From positions 2,108,001 to 2,172,000 of the forward strand of contig CP158636.1 in the NCBI GenBank assembly GCA_050273025.1: a DNA stretch of 64,000 nt, read 5' to 3'. The DNA is from Cenococcum geophilum. Lineage: Eukaryota. Positions 25,393 through 38,225 of this stretch are shown piece after piece. Positions within the stretch are counted from its first letter, which is position 1, and each line of letters begins with the position of its first letter. The notes beneath the pieces are model-generated. The model saw only the letters and a program-made list of their open reading frames with translations, searched no databases and had not been told where the DNA came from. The translations under genes were made by a program, and so were the position numbers.

Positions 25393-28300
25393 TGTTACGG
25401 CTTAAACAAATGCCTCTAAACCGAAGCTTAAACGAATACTATATTACAAAGATACTAAGCTAAAGAGAAGGAAAAGGGGTCGCCAGGACCGATGTAAACA
25501 AATATATAAGGTAAGCCGCTAAGGCGCTAGCTTTAGGCGGGCTAATCGCAGGTTAGCAGAATATGGCAGAATTTGGTAGGTAACGTGCGATAGCGCCGTT
25601 ACATTACCTCCCTCTTTGAAAGAAAAGCCTGCCTTTAGGCTTAGTTAGAAATAGGGTAGCACTAGGCTTATAAACGTAGGATTATAAAATATAAGATAAG
25701 GAGATAAAGGGGATACGAGTACGTCTAGACTAAGTACGAAGGTAATTATAGGCTAAGTGGAAGCACTAGGCTAGAAAGAGTAGCCGCTAAAAGTCTTAGC
25801 ACGGATCTAACTAATTAGACAACTTTAACCGGCGGTTAAAGTTCCTTAATATCTGAAATTTTACGGTACTAGCAGAAAACGGCAGAATATGGCAGAATTT
25901 AGTAGATAGCTATATTAGGGCTTTGGGGCGTTTTTGTCCCTATATTCTTCCGGTAACTTATTATCTTTATTATGCTAGCATTCTATCTATTTGTCTAGGT
26001 ACTTTAGGGGTCCAGGCGTATTAGGATATTAGTTATAGAATTCTTTAAGCTTTTGGGGGTAGCCTATAAAGTTCCACATAGGGTACTAGGTTGGGTTAGG
26101 ATTGTAGCCCTCCCATTAGACATAGTATTTTAGCGTTCCCCGTACTATCTTATAGGCTAGTATTTTGTTAACCTCCTATTTATTATCACCGTTTACTTAA
26201 ATTGGTAGGGAAGGCTCGTTCTTTTATCTAGGCAATAGGTTATTCGCAGCTTTCTGTAACTTATTTAGTAAGAAGATAGGGTAAACCCTAATTAAATTTA
26301 GGAGCTTTATCTTATACGAGTTACCTATCTTCTTAAGAACCTTATATGGTCCTGCTATTTAGTAGTCTAGCTTACGGCTAGGTCGTTCGGTCTTCTAATT
26401 CCTTATTATAACCTATATTATATCGCTAGGGGCAAAATCAGGCTCTTAACAGTGTTTGTTCGCCTACTATTCTATCGACCTTTAAGCTTTTTTTTAGGTT
26501 TTTATAGGCTACCGTCCAGGCTTCCTCCAATTGTTTAGCGTACTGTTAGGCCTTAGTATAGGATAGCTTCTCTTATATAGTCTGGGGTTCTTTTAGCCTT
26601 TTCCAGTTAAAGCTTATATGGGGTAAGTATTCTATTTCTAGCTGAATTGGGGCAAACCCTATAAAGTCGTGGGGTAAGGTTGCTTGCGTATAGTCTATTA
26701 AGGGTAATAGTTTAGACTAGTTGTTCTAGAAATAGTTAATAAAGGGCCTAAGCCTTTGGTCTAGGTACTAATTTATAATCTCTGTCTAACTGTTTATCTG
26801 GGGGTAATAAGCCGTAGAAAGCTTTAGCTTAATGCCTAGGATTTAGGTAAACTTATTCTAAAAGGCTGATATAAACTATAGCCTATAATTAGATATAATA
26901 ATATCTAGTAGTCTATAGATTTAGTAGATGTAATAGATATATAGCTAGGCTGCCTCTTTAGTATTAATGTTTTTATAATAGGGAATTAAGAACGGGCGTT
27001 TACTAAAGCGGTTAACTATAACTATAACTATATTATATCCGTTACGGTCCCTAGGTAGTTTATAAAAGTCTATAAAGATATACTGCTAAGGGCGCTCTAG
27101 TATTGGGAGTGGCTTAAGTAGTCCTAGGGTCTTATCCCGTGGGATTATAGCTCTCTAGTAGTCTTCGCAGTTCTATATATATCGATTAATATCTACAACT
27201 ATTCTTGGCCAGTAATAGCGGCAGTTAATAATTTTACGGATCTTATTCTTGCTAGGATATGCTATAGAGACTTAGCAATAAGCTTTGCGGATTAGTTTAG
27301 TCCGTAGATTGTTAACGTTAGGGATTATAAGCCGCTCCTAGTATAGGAGCAATCCTTCCTCCGTCTTAAAATCGGGGTCTCCTTTTATAGCTTATTTGTA
27401 AAGGGCCCTTAGGGCATTAGCTATACAGTTTATAGTTAAAAGGCGGTTAATTAGCCCTATTAGCTTATTTAAGGACTCCTCTATTAGTGCTAGCTTGTTT
27501 TACTAGGAGTCTAGCTTCTTAAGGATCCGTAGGTTAAGCTATTCTAGATAGAGGAGGGCGTGCGTCCAATATTAGGTCTTTAGCTTATTCTAAAGTCCTA
27601 CGTCTTATTCTCTTCGGGTTAGGGCATTAGCCTTAAAGTTTTACTTACTAGAATAATATATAATTGTAAAGAAGAATTAGGAGAGTATTTTAGCCTAATA
27701 GGCTTATTATCTAGTAAGCTGCTTTATAGTTATAAAGTACTCTAAGGCTTTATAATCTGTATATATCTTAATCCGGAAGTTTGTACCTTTAAGCTCTACG
27801 CGCTATTAGAAGAGTAATTAAATAATAGCTAGTATTTCTTTATTATATACTTTATAGTTACACTTAGCCGGGTTTATTATTTTTAAGAAGAAAGCTATAG
27901 GGTACTATTCGCCGTCTAGATATAACTATAATAGGATTCCCACTATGACCCCATTAGAGGCGTCCGTCTTTAGCATTAATTTAAGGTTTAGGTTATAGTA
28001 ATAAAGAATTAGGGAAGAGATAAGCCGATCCTTTATCTCTTTAAAGGCTTCTATATAGCTATTATTAAAGATAAAAGGTATATCCTTTCTGGTTAGTTAT
28101 ATAAGAGGTTTTACTATAATTCTATAGTTATAGATAAACCGTTAGTAGAAGTTATAAAAGCTAAGGAAGGATTGGATTCCTTTTACTATATAAGGGGGCT
28201 TTTAGTTATAGATTGCCTCTACCTTCTTAGGGTTAACCTTAATTCCTTTTATAGTTATAATAAACCTAAGGTATTTTATACGTTTTACCCTAAACTTATA

Positions 28301-31300
28301 TTTCTTAATATTAACTTATAAGCCTGCGTTTTGTAGTCTTTTTAGGACCTTCTTAATATAAACTTAATACTTAAGTTCGTCGTCTAAGTATATAAGGATA
28401 TTGTCTAGGTATGCCGTATAGAATTCGTTAAGGTAATTAAAAAGAACGTTATTTATATACCTTTAGTACGTAGCCAGTCCGTTTATTAGTTTAAAAGGAA
28501 GAACTTTATATTTATAGGAACTATAACGGGTACGGAACGTTGTTAAATCTTTAGATATAGGGTTTATCCTAATTTGGTAGAAAGCTTAGCGGATATTAAG
28601 TTTAGTAAAGATCTTTACCTAGCTTAGACGTATAAGGGTCTCGTTAATTAAAGGAATAGGATACCGGTCCTTTTAAGTAATAGTGTTTAGCTTTTAATAG
28701 TTAATATAAAAATAAAGGCCTTTATTAGGCTTTTTTACGAATCAAATAGGGGAAGTAAAAGGGGCTTAACTTAGCTTGATAAACCCTTTATCTAGGTTAT
28801 TAATTAAGTACTACTTTATTGCTTTTAGCTTATCTATTAATTAATAGTAAAGGGGGCTATAGCCTAGCAAGTTATTGGCTTTTAATTAAATCTTATAATT
28901 ATATATTTGGTAGGGGGGTAACTTATCTAAGGCCGCCTTTAAGAATGCATCCTTATAGTCTATATAAATGGTAGGAAGAAGACGTTTAACTAGTTCCTTA
29001 TCGGTTTCCTTAGTTAGCCTTTCCTCTCTATTATTAATAATTTGGTTAATCTTATATAGGCTTATTATAAAGACCTTATTATCCTTCTGGTATATATTAA
29101 AGTAAAACGCTATAGCGCTAATTACGGCAATATCTACGGTAGGGGGGTTGCCTAATAATAGGGGCGTATATAACTTTAGGGACTTCTAGGGTACTAGCGT
29201 TATTATTACTCCTTTTAGCTCCTATTATATCTTTTAAAGGTTATCCCTTATATCCTATTAATACGTTCTTTTCTATACTAGTTAGATCTATACAATTCGG
29301 ACGTTGTTTATATTACTATCTATCCCGCTTCTATATATAGAGTCCTCTTTAAATATAGCGCTTTAGGAGAGTATCTTTATTAGTATAGAGTTCTTTCTAG
29401 CTTTGCGGCGGGCGTCTTCTTAGGCAAAGGCTAGGTCACGGGCCCGGACATCCTACTAGTAGGTAGGGTTAGCCCTTACGGCTAGTGTCTTGCGGTTGGT
29501 TTAGATCTCCCTAATAAAGGAGGGTAACCTTAGTCTATCCTCCGGCTAGATAAACCGTCTTTATTATATATTTAGCCAAATATTAAAATAGGACATCTAT
29601 TTTTGTTTAAGGATTATATCGTGGGACCCTAGGTCTAGGATGCAAAAGGGGATACTATATTGGCGTCGTCCGCTAAAAGCGATATATAACTTTAAAACGT
29701 AGGTAATAGGCTAACTAGCTTAGCCGTTATAGCCTTTTATATAGACAGGCTTCTCTAGTTAAATAGCTTCTGCATTTAAAAACTTAGCAATATTATTTAT
29801 ATAGGCAGTATTTATAAAGGTAAAGCCATTTACTCCAGTGTTAATAAGGGCAGTTATATTAACTCTATATCCATTTTAAGATACTATACATAGAAACGTA
29901 AAATGCTCTCTACCTATTAACTAACTAAGATTAATCTCTTTAAGATCGATAGGGTACCCTAAGGGGGAGTCTTTCCCTAAGGTTCTTTTTTTCCTAACTT
30001 ATCGGACGTTTCTTCTTCCTCTATCTCCTTAATATTGCCTATATCCTTTAGCTCCGAGCAGGACAAGATAAAGTAACCCTACTTATTATAGTTAAAGCAC
30101 ATAGCCGAGGTAGGGTCAATTGGAGTATTACGGCGAATACTAGTTAATAGCGTAGTACGTAACTGGTTAGGCGAGGCTTGCCGGTATATAGTTATAACCA
30201 CCTTTAGTATAAAAGCAGTTATAACTTATCTTCCTGCTCTAGCTCCTATAGGCATAGCTAGCGAGTTCTAATTATTATAGAGTTACTTCTACCGATTAGG
30301 GCGGGCGTTAATCCGCTTTAGTTTTAAGTCTAATAATAGGTAATAAGCTGCGAGTCTTTTATAGGTTGGTAGGTTATCTAAGGTTATAGCGATCTTTTCT
30401 TATAGCCGGATTATTAGCTTATTATATAGGTCTACTTAGTAGTTCTTAAGGGGAACCTAGCCTTTTCCTATAAGGTATAGGAATTAAGTTTAAAATTTAG
30501 CAAAGGGTTAGTTCGGTTTTATTATTAGGCAATTATAGTTATAACAGGCATCCCGTACTTTATTCGGGTTAATATAAATAGCCGCTAGGTACCGTATTAT
30601 CTTATTAATAGATATAAATTAGACAGGGGAGTTGTCCTTAAACTTAGCTTAAAGGTACCGTTAGGCGTCCCCAGTAGTTTAACTAAAGAGGTAGAGTATT
30701 TTAGCTTCTTTAGAAAGGAAATAGTTATAGTTAACGCGGAGCTTTCCTTATACTTAAATCCTCTAATTCTTAAAGGTAGGGTCTATCCCGTTAGATAGTA
30801 GTGGGGGGTTAGGGAGCTTAACGGACTTTAATTACTTTATTATTGTATCCGTACTCCCTAGTATATCGCATTTAGTGGAGTAAATAGGTCGGCTAAGGCT
30901 TTAAAAAGGGGAAGCTAGGCTATTTTATAGGGCCGTAAGGCTTTCTAGGATCTCTTATAAGGTCTCTTATATATTTCTCGCTTTAAGACGATCGGCTTCC
31001 TAGCTAGCTATAAGGGCGCGAATCTACTTGCATACGTCTACGACGTTATTATTATTTTCAATTTCTAATCCTAATTAGATCTTAGGTTCCTCTTAGGTAG
31101 AGGCAGCTCTCTTAAATAAGCTTGCTTTAGGTGCCATTATTAGCTTCCTAAAGTTTGTTGGTATCATACGCTTTAGTTTTAATTCTGGGGGTATAGGTCT
31201 AGTCCTATCTGGCTTATAAGGTGGGATATTATCTAGGCCTTCCCAGGCAATATAGAGTTGTTTAGTGTTTAAGTATAGCGCGTTAATACGTTGTTACAGA

Positions 31301-31576
31301 CAAAGTTACTTTAGGGTAGAATATTATTAAGGCCTTCCTAGGCAAGGTAGGGAGAGCTTAATATAATGTTACGGCTTAAATAAATGCCTCTAAACCGAAG
31401 CTTGAATAAATGCTATATTACGAAGATATTAAGCTAAAGAGAAGGAAAAGGGGTCGCTAGGACCGATGTAAACAAATATATAGGGTGAGCCGCTAAGCGC
31501 TAGCTTTGGGCGGGCTAATCGCAGGTTAGCAGAATATAGCAGAATTTAGCAGGTAACGTGCGATAGCGCCGTTACA
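25393..31576 (-). mobile_element. Full-length Ty3/Gypsy LTR retrotransposon G, RIP-inactivated
   Basis: ~210-bp LTRs at 25393-25603 and 31367-31576; TSD CCTAT at 25388-25392 and 31577-31581. PPT after 25603 (minus). RT (YLDNILIY near 28390-28415), RNase H, integrase and chromodomain on the minus strand. Confidence 0.95.
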
Positions 31577-32289
31577 CCTATTTATAATTATTAAACAACT
31601 TTATAGAAAACTTTTTTAAAAAGATATATCTTATTATAATTAAATTTATATATACGCTTAATATAACTCTAAATTTGTCTATATTTTAGGTCGTCTTTAC
31701 TTATATATTAACCTTTTTTTACACCCTGTTATAAAGGCTATAAAACTTTTAAATTTACTTTAGTTATAACCTATTAATTTATATACCTTCTATTAATTAG
31801 GTATATATAATCTTTATATAAAGATTTTATTTAGTAGCTAATTACCTATATTTTACTAAGGGGCTTAATATTACTACCTTAACTAGAGACTTAAGCTATT
31901 TTTTTTTCATAATTACGTATATAATAGGGAAATTTTTTATAAATCCTATTTAAGTACCTAATTGGCAAGGAAGGCCTACTATATAGGAGTTAATTGCTAT
32001 TTGCATTGGTGTATAAATTACCCTAGTAGTCCACTATTTAATTATTGCATAAAATTGCCAAAGGGACACTATATACAAGCACTGCTTTTCGTATAAACTT
32101 ATAAACATTAGATTTAGAATTTATAATACTTATTTATAAGTTCTACTTATTTTAGTTTATATTGATTAATTCGTTATAGAGAAAATAGGTTGACAAGTCA
32201 GTAGTTTAATTTTAGTTAGGTGGCGGTAGCCGAGTTTAGGGGCTAACCGAGTTCTAGGGGTCCGAGCTTAGTAAATATTTAAGGCTTCC

Positions 32290-33110
32290 TTATAGTAGCA
32301 GCAACGACCCTTATAGACTTTAGTATAGCTATAGCCAGATTGTCTACTATATAGGACGTTATTATAACGTTCTGGCGTCCCTTTTAACTACTATAAATAG
32401 AAGAACTAGAGGCTCCACTATAGCTAAATATTTCGCCTCTTTTATTAACTCTATAAGTAGATTTAGTATCTTCGTCCTTATAGTTAGATAGAACCTTATC
32501 TATATACTGCTTATCGCCTAAATTCCGTATAGAATTTGCCTAAATTATCTCTCTTTAAGTCGCCCGTTGTTGGGCCTATTAAGTCCTCTTAAAAGGTTAT
32601 AAAATAATATTAACTTATTTAATAAGGATATTAAAGTAAATAAAGAACCTGCTATAGCGAATATCTTTACTAAAAGGATTATCGTCCTTAATTTTCTTTT
32701 TCTTTTACTTATAAGCACGTTAAATAGGTCTTTGATTAAATGGAAGTTATACTCCAGACCTCTTTCTTTAACGCGTTTCCTTATAGGGATTCTCTAGAAT
32801 TTATCCTTTCCTTAAGGGCGAAGCTTGGCTTAATAGATATTTGCGGCTAGTAGAGCCAGCGCCTTCTTTTCCGCCTTCCCTATATATAACCTCTTTCTCT
32901 AGCCACCTTCCTTACTTCCACTTAAATTTGGTAAGTTATCGCGATATATTAGCCTATCCTCTATATAAGCTTCGCTCTAAATAGCTTTATTAATAGTTTA
33001 GTAGATAAAATTAGGGGGTTATTAAGGCTAGCTTAACGTAACCAAGATGGCGCCGTACGCGCGGCGTAGCTGCTCTACTATATTAATAGTAGATTTAACG
33101 TTATATATAG
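32290..33110 (-). pseudogene. Degenerate ORF, possibly a Myb/SANT-like DNA-binding protein
   Basis: Minus-strand AEKKALALLAANIY*AKLRP*GKDKF*RI...KERGLEYNFHLIKDLFNVLISKRKRK (32690-32880) has a three-helix, KFW-containing pattern. Family assignment is by eye only. Confidence 0.4.
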
Positions 33111-33819
33111 GATTAAAAGGTATAGTAGTAAAGATAAAAAGTGGAAAATATAAGGCTATTAGAGGGCTCGATTAAAACGTATAAATGGCTAAAGATTTTA
33201 ATATTATATAATATTGTTTTAAATAATATTTGCTAAGAACTAGGTTTAATATTTTAAACGACTAACTAAATACTACTAGTACGTGTCGATTGCTCGTTTT
33301 GACTTACTTATACTAAATATTAAATAAATATATCGTTCTATTAAAACCCCCCTATTAGCTTATTAAGAGTAAGATTTACTATATTATAACCTACTAAGTA
33401 CCTACTTAATTCTTTATTCCTTATACTCTATATCCTTACTAAGTTAAAGTAAATATTAGACGCTAAGTAGGCTAATAGAAATAATATATATAATACTCTA
33501 TAAGGAAGAATCTTAGGGGCTTAAAGGCCCTAAGAAGGTATTTATATAATATATCGCTAAGCTTAAAGAGACTGCCTAAGTACCTCCCCTCTATTAATAT
33601 ACTCTTTAGGCTCTATAAGCTTTAATAAATAGGAAACTCCTTTAGGGTAACTATACTATACTCTATAAGGTTATAGTTAATAGATAGGGATAGTATAAAT
33701 AGTAAGAAATGAAATTAGGAAAATGGAGATTTAGAATATCGATAACGCTTAATCACCCGTCTTCTATACTAAAAAGTAGTATTAGTAAGCCTTTAAAAAT
33801 TGGAACTAGGTTAATTAGC

Positions 33820-35708
33820 ATTAATTTTAAGGTTCTGCCAGTCGTAGTATAATTTTTTAATTAGGTCTAGGTGGCCTAGGTGGCCTAGGTGGCTTAGATA
33901 ACTTTAGTAATACTAATACCTTCTTTAATCGCCTTATAGGCGTCCTTTAGTAGGCTTTTATTAAGCTATCTACTAGCTAATCTACACTTAGTTTAATATC
34001 CTTACGCTTATAAAGCTTAATATCCATATAACGCTCCTTTAGCCTTTTGACGAATTAATGCGTCTTGGCCTTTTTATGTTAGGTTATCTTAATAGTTAGT
34101 ATCTATCGTTTATAAGGAGCTTCTGGTAACTATAGAAGTTCCTTTAATATTCGCGGTATCTTAATCTTATATGGAGCTTTTAGATAAGGCTTTAGAGGGG
34201 TTAGCTGTATATATACGTAAGATAAGCATATAACTGCCATATAAGAGACCTTCTTTAGTTAAGCAGTCTCTATTTCCATATCCCCCTTAAGCTATTAGTT
34301 AATTTGGCAGACGCCACTATTATTAAAATTAATGTCGTCTTAATTATTATAACCTTCGTCGCCCTTAGCAATCGTTAGTATTATACTCTTCTTACCTACA
34401 AGGGAAGAATTAGCAGTTAATTACCATGCTGCCTCCTTTATAGTAGGCCCAATTTAAAAAATTGACGTATTGCCGTCATTAAGGCATGCGTAATATATTA
34501 AGGCTTTAAGGCCTATTAAATAATATATAGTCCGTTTTTATAAGTCGCTCTACCTACTACCAAATTATTAGAGTACCTTTAAATTATACGGCCACCTATT
34601 TTCTTATTAAGCCCAATATAGAGCTTCTTATACTTCTTAAGAGCTACCTCCAATAGGAGCTTATAAGGTAATTTAGGTATATAATAGGCCTCTATAGCTA
34701 CCGTATAGGTATTACTATTATCTATTAGTAGAGGTATATATGCTGTTCCTTTACTAATTATATAGTAGATAGTCCCTCCTAACGTTCCCTATTTTATATA
34801 GTGGTAATAATATCTTATACTTAATAAACTAGCTTTATTTATTACTTATTATAATATTAGAACAGGAATTAAGGAACTGGTTATCCTAATTCCTATCGCC
34901 CAAGTTATTAACTATAGCTATACTGCTAATAAATAGGCCTTCTACTAAGCCTCTGCCTATTATTCCGACTTAATTTAAATTTAGTATAGTCTCTACCCCT
35001 TTTTAGAGTGGATCTATATGTAATATATACCTTTTATAGGGCCTCTATAGTAAATATTGAAGCTCTAGGTAAAGGTAGAAATACCTCTTTTTATTATTAA
35101 GGTGCTTGCTATTATAATATAAGCAGCGCTTAAGTTCCTTTTCTTCTAAATTAGATTTTGGTTAATTGTCTTTAAATAGGTTCTTACTAACTAAGGATAT
35201 TACAAGGTTAGAGGTAGCTAGTTAAGTACGACTCTTATTTATATAGTTACTTACTAGCTCCTCTATTATAATAAGGTCGTCCTCCCTTATAGCTCTCCTA
35301 GCTACCTCTTGTTAATTAGCCGTCTATAGGGAACTCCTTTTCTACCGCGTAAAGCAATTAGGCGTGCGCCTACTTCCTTAATATTGGCATTAACGCTATA
35401 ATTAATTTTCTTATACCCAAGATAAAAGCTTCTGTATAGGCTTTAAGCAAGGTATAATCTTTACGATTAAGATCGAGCTATTAGGTCTATATTTGGTAGT
35501 TATAAATAAGACCTTACGCAGTATAAAGTGATTAAATTAAGTTAGGTAAAGACTGGCCACTAAGCTATATAAAGCTAAAATTGATTTAGCCGGGCGATTC
35601 TTAAATATAAAGTATTACTTTTATCTAGGTCTAAAGTTTAGAAGCCTAGATTGACATTATAATACCCTAGCTCTATAAAGAGCTACTTTCTATAGATTAT
35701 TAATGTCA
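33820..35708 (-). pseudogene. One or two degenerate ORFs; the upstream one ends in a Copia-gag-like Cys/His knuckle
   Basis: 35050-35145 minus reads ELKRCLYYNSKHLNNKKRYFYLYLEL, reverting to C..C..KH.....CFYLHPEL. A further long RIP-broken frame runs 34930-34100. Confidence 0.35.
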
Positions 35709-36149
35709 TTTTGTTTAAAAAATAACACGGTAACCAAAGTGGATTAACTTAATAAAAACGACAACTCACTACTATATAAAGATTTTATCTCTACGTAATG
35801 CAAAAACACCTATGTTTTTAGAATCTTGCTAATTTCTTTATAAACGAATATACTTACCAAGATCTTATCCAAATTTGCTTCTTAGAATTTACCTCCTCTA
35901 ACTACGAACCTCTTATTTAAGGTTTGGACATTACTGGCCTTATAGAAACATTATAATTATTAAGCTTCTATTTCCAGAAATATTCAAACACATTATTCTT
36001 ATTAAAGATCTTTTCGTAGATATTACTAAGCTGCTAGGCTTATACCTAGGTATTAATATACTTTTCTTTATATCTTATCTTTTCTCTACTAGGTTAGAGG
36101 AAACCGCTAGAAAGCCTTATATCTCTACCTTACCTCTAAGAGTAAAAGA

Positions 36150-38225
36150 CTAGAACTTCTTTAATATCTATTATATCTATGCCCTAGAATTTAATAATAG
36201 GGGCCTAAGGTAAGTTTTTTTTGTAATATAAACATACGTAAAAAAACTAGTGTCCTACCTATAAATAATAATAAGTACGTTGGTATTACAGCCTGTTATA
36301 CTTTTATTCTTCTCTATACACCCCTTTTAAGGTAATTATAGGGATTTTAGGGAACCTATCTCCTACTTTATACTTAGCTCAGAGCTAAAATACTAAATTA
36401 CCGCCCTAAAGCATTTTATATTTCCTTAGTAGCACCTATAAGTTAAAAATAAATAAGAAAGGTTAAGCGTTAGCTTATGGTAACTGCGGTAGGGATATAG
36501 TAGAAGCTTACGGTAGCTGCTATAGGGGTATAATAGAAGCTTACGGCGGCTACTATAGGGGTATAGTAGGCGTTATAGTGGATATTATAGTAGACGTTAT
36601 AGTAGACGGCTAAGTAAGCTCTACTGTAGTAGATAGTTAAGGACCCCTTAGTATCTCTCTAAAATATATAAAAGAGGGTTTATCTAAAAATAGAATCTGG
36701 CTATTAGCGTATTTAGAAACGGACCCGTATATAGATATAGGTATAGGTATAGGGCCGTCTAAAGATAAACGTACGGACTCTATAGGCCCTATTTAGATAC
36801 CTATTTTCCCTTACTAGATCTATATAGGTGTAAATAATACTAATAATCTTTTTATCTCGCTAAGGCGTTCCAAGATTATCTATACGCGTAATTAAACCCC
36901 CTTTATCTCTAAGATTGCGGCCTTTTATCTTAGCTTAGCTACAGCCTTATAGGCAGGCTAATAATTCTATATTATTATCTCATTTAGCGTAACTATGCTA
37001 ACTAGTAAACTTTTTACCTATGCGGTAAACCTTTAGTACTCCTTACAGCTAAAGAGGAAGTCCTTTTATAAGGAGTAGAGTAGGAACTGCTTATATAGGA
37101 TTACTAAGTTCTATAATAGGATTATCCTAAATATACAAAGGAGGTATAAAAATCCTAAACCTGTAAGGTTAAGCTATATCACCTTATTATCTGCCCTTTT
37201 TAAGTAGTAGGTCTCTATACGTTTTAGCTAGACGTTAGTCCTAGGCTATATCTTTATATAGAGTACCTTTTCTAGTATCTCCCGTATGTAGAGAAGAAAG
37301 TAGCTTTTTCCTTTCTTTAAAAACTGGCGATTAACCATATAAACGCATAGGATAGATAGCTAAGGTAGGCTTTTATTATCGCGTTTATATTCTAGCGTCT
37401 AGCCCATATAATTTAGGTCTCCTTAACGCCGTTAAGCTTAGTATACTAGACGCTCTACTTATAGGCACTATAGGTCTTCTCCTTTAAGTAAATCCTTACC
37501 TCCTAGAATATCCTTTTATTTTATTTAAACTGCGTATAGTAGCTTAACGGCCGTTATAGTAATTTAATACTGCTAGGGAAGATATATAGGTTATAGTAAT
37601 CCTTTAGCTGCTAAAAGAATGGGAAGCTTTTAGCGCTATCTTTACCCTAGCGGTTAAAAAAGTAAAAGGCTATTATAAAGAGAAGGTAGAGAATAGGGTC
37701 AGCGTTATATATATAGCCTATATATTTAACCTTATTATACTAATACTGCTTCTCTTATATTATTAATATAATTATATACAGCGCTAGCTTATTTAGTTTA
37801 GGCCCTTTATTCTCTAGTTTAATAAGGATAAAGTTAGTAAGCTAAATATCCCATCTACTTTTACCCTAGGTAATAGTAGTATAGCCTAAAAAACGGGTTA
37901 GAAAATAGTAGCTATATAGACCGGATATAAACCTAATAAATACTTAGCCGTAGTTTAAAGGTAAGACTTAACCAAACCTAGTATCTTAAAGCCTATCTCC
38001 TAGTACTAAGTAATTGCCTTTTTAAGCCCTTTAATATTATAGCCGCTAGTAATTATAAATAAGCCTTAATTAATAAAGTTAATGCGTTAAATCCAGTTCT
38101 TATTACAGTAGACACTATCTAGCACTACTAGGAGCTTTGCCCCCTATAGTGGCTATAAGGCCTTACCTTCTAATTACTATATATAAAGCTTAGTAATAGT
38201 AAAGATATACCTTTTTATAACTAAG
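36150..38225 (-). pseudogene. CryptonF-type tyrosine recombinase (NDC10-II-like catalytic domain plus C-terminal GCR1_C-like domain), RIP-inactivated; N-terminus cut by element D
   Basis: Minus strand reads LENKGP...EKQY*YNKVKYIG..NADPILYLL..AFYFFNR*...EKTYSAYK*SV*YTKLNGV...ARR*NINAIIKAYLSYLSYAFIWLIASF. This reverts to GKQ.QHGKVEY.G, CP..MAFYFFNRW, KTHSAR (37458-37478), AELNGV, AGRWN (37389-37403), AYL (37362-37370) and LPRAFMRSIAGF. YKML*GGNLVF*L*AKYKVG at 36360-36420 fits the GCR1_C start. Confidence 0.85.
36472..36580. repeat. 33-bp in-frame tandem repeat (3 copies) in the Crypton linker
   Basis: Unit approximately gcttacggtagctgctataggggtataatagaa. Confidence 0.75.

Larger units (their letters stand above)
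22102..32271 (-). mobile_element. pogo/Fot1-like (Tc1-mariner superfamily) TIR DNA transposon carrying two nested LTR elements
   Basis: TIRs taagctcggacccctagaactcggtta... (22103-22150) and ...taaccgagttctaggggtccgagctta (32225-32270), flanked by TA. Minus-strand YFKGK near 25330-25350 and FNSYISY near 25150-25172 (reverts to FDGHVSH, DDE_1 motif). Confidence 0.85.

Noticed and set aside
36150..38225. Starship captain (DUF3435) or host NDC10/GCR1 gene
   Set aside because: The motif set plus a C-terminal GCR1_C-like segment fits CryptonF, and the gene is RIP-destroyed. An HMM search would be needed to exclude these formally.
10743..38225. One single giant element spanning both the SNF2 tract and the Crypton tract
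   Set aside because: The tracts are separated by truncated Gypsy F, whose gag is cut by the SNF2 tract. This suggests nesting of separate units, and no shared termini are visible.
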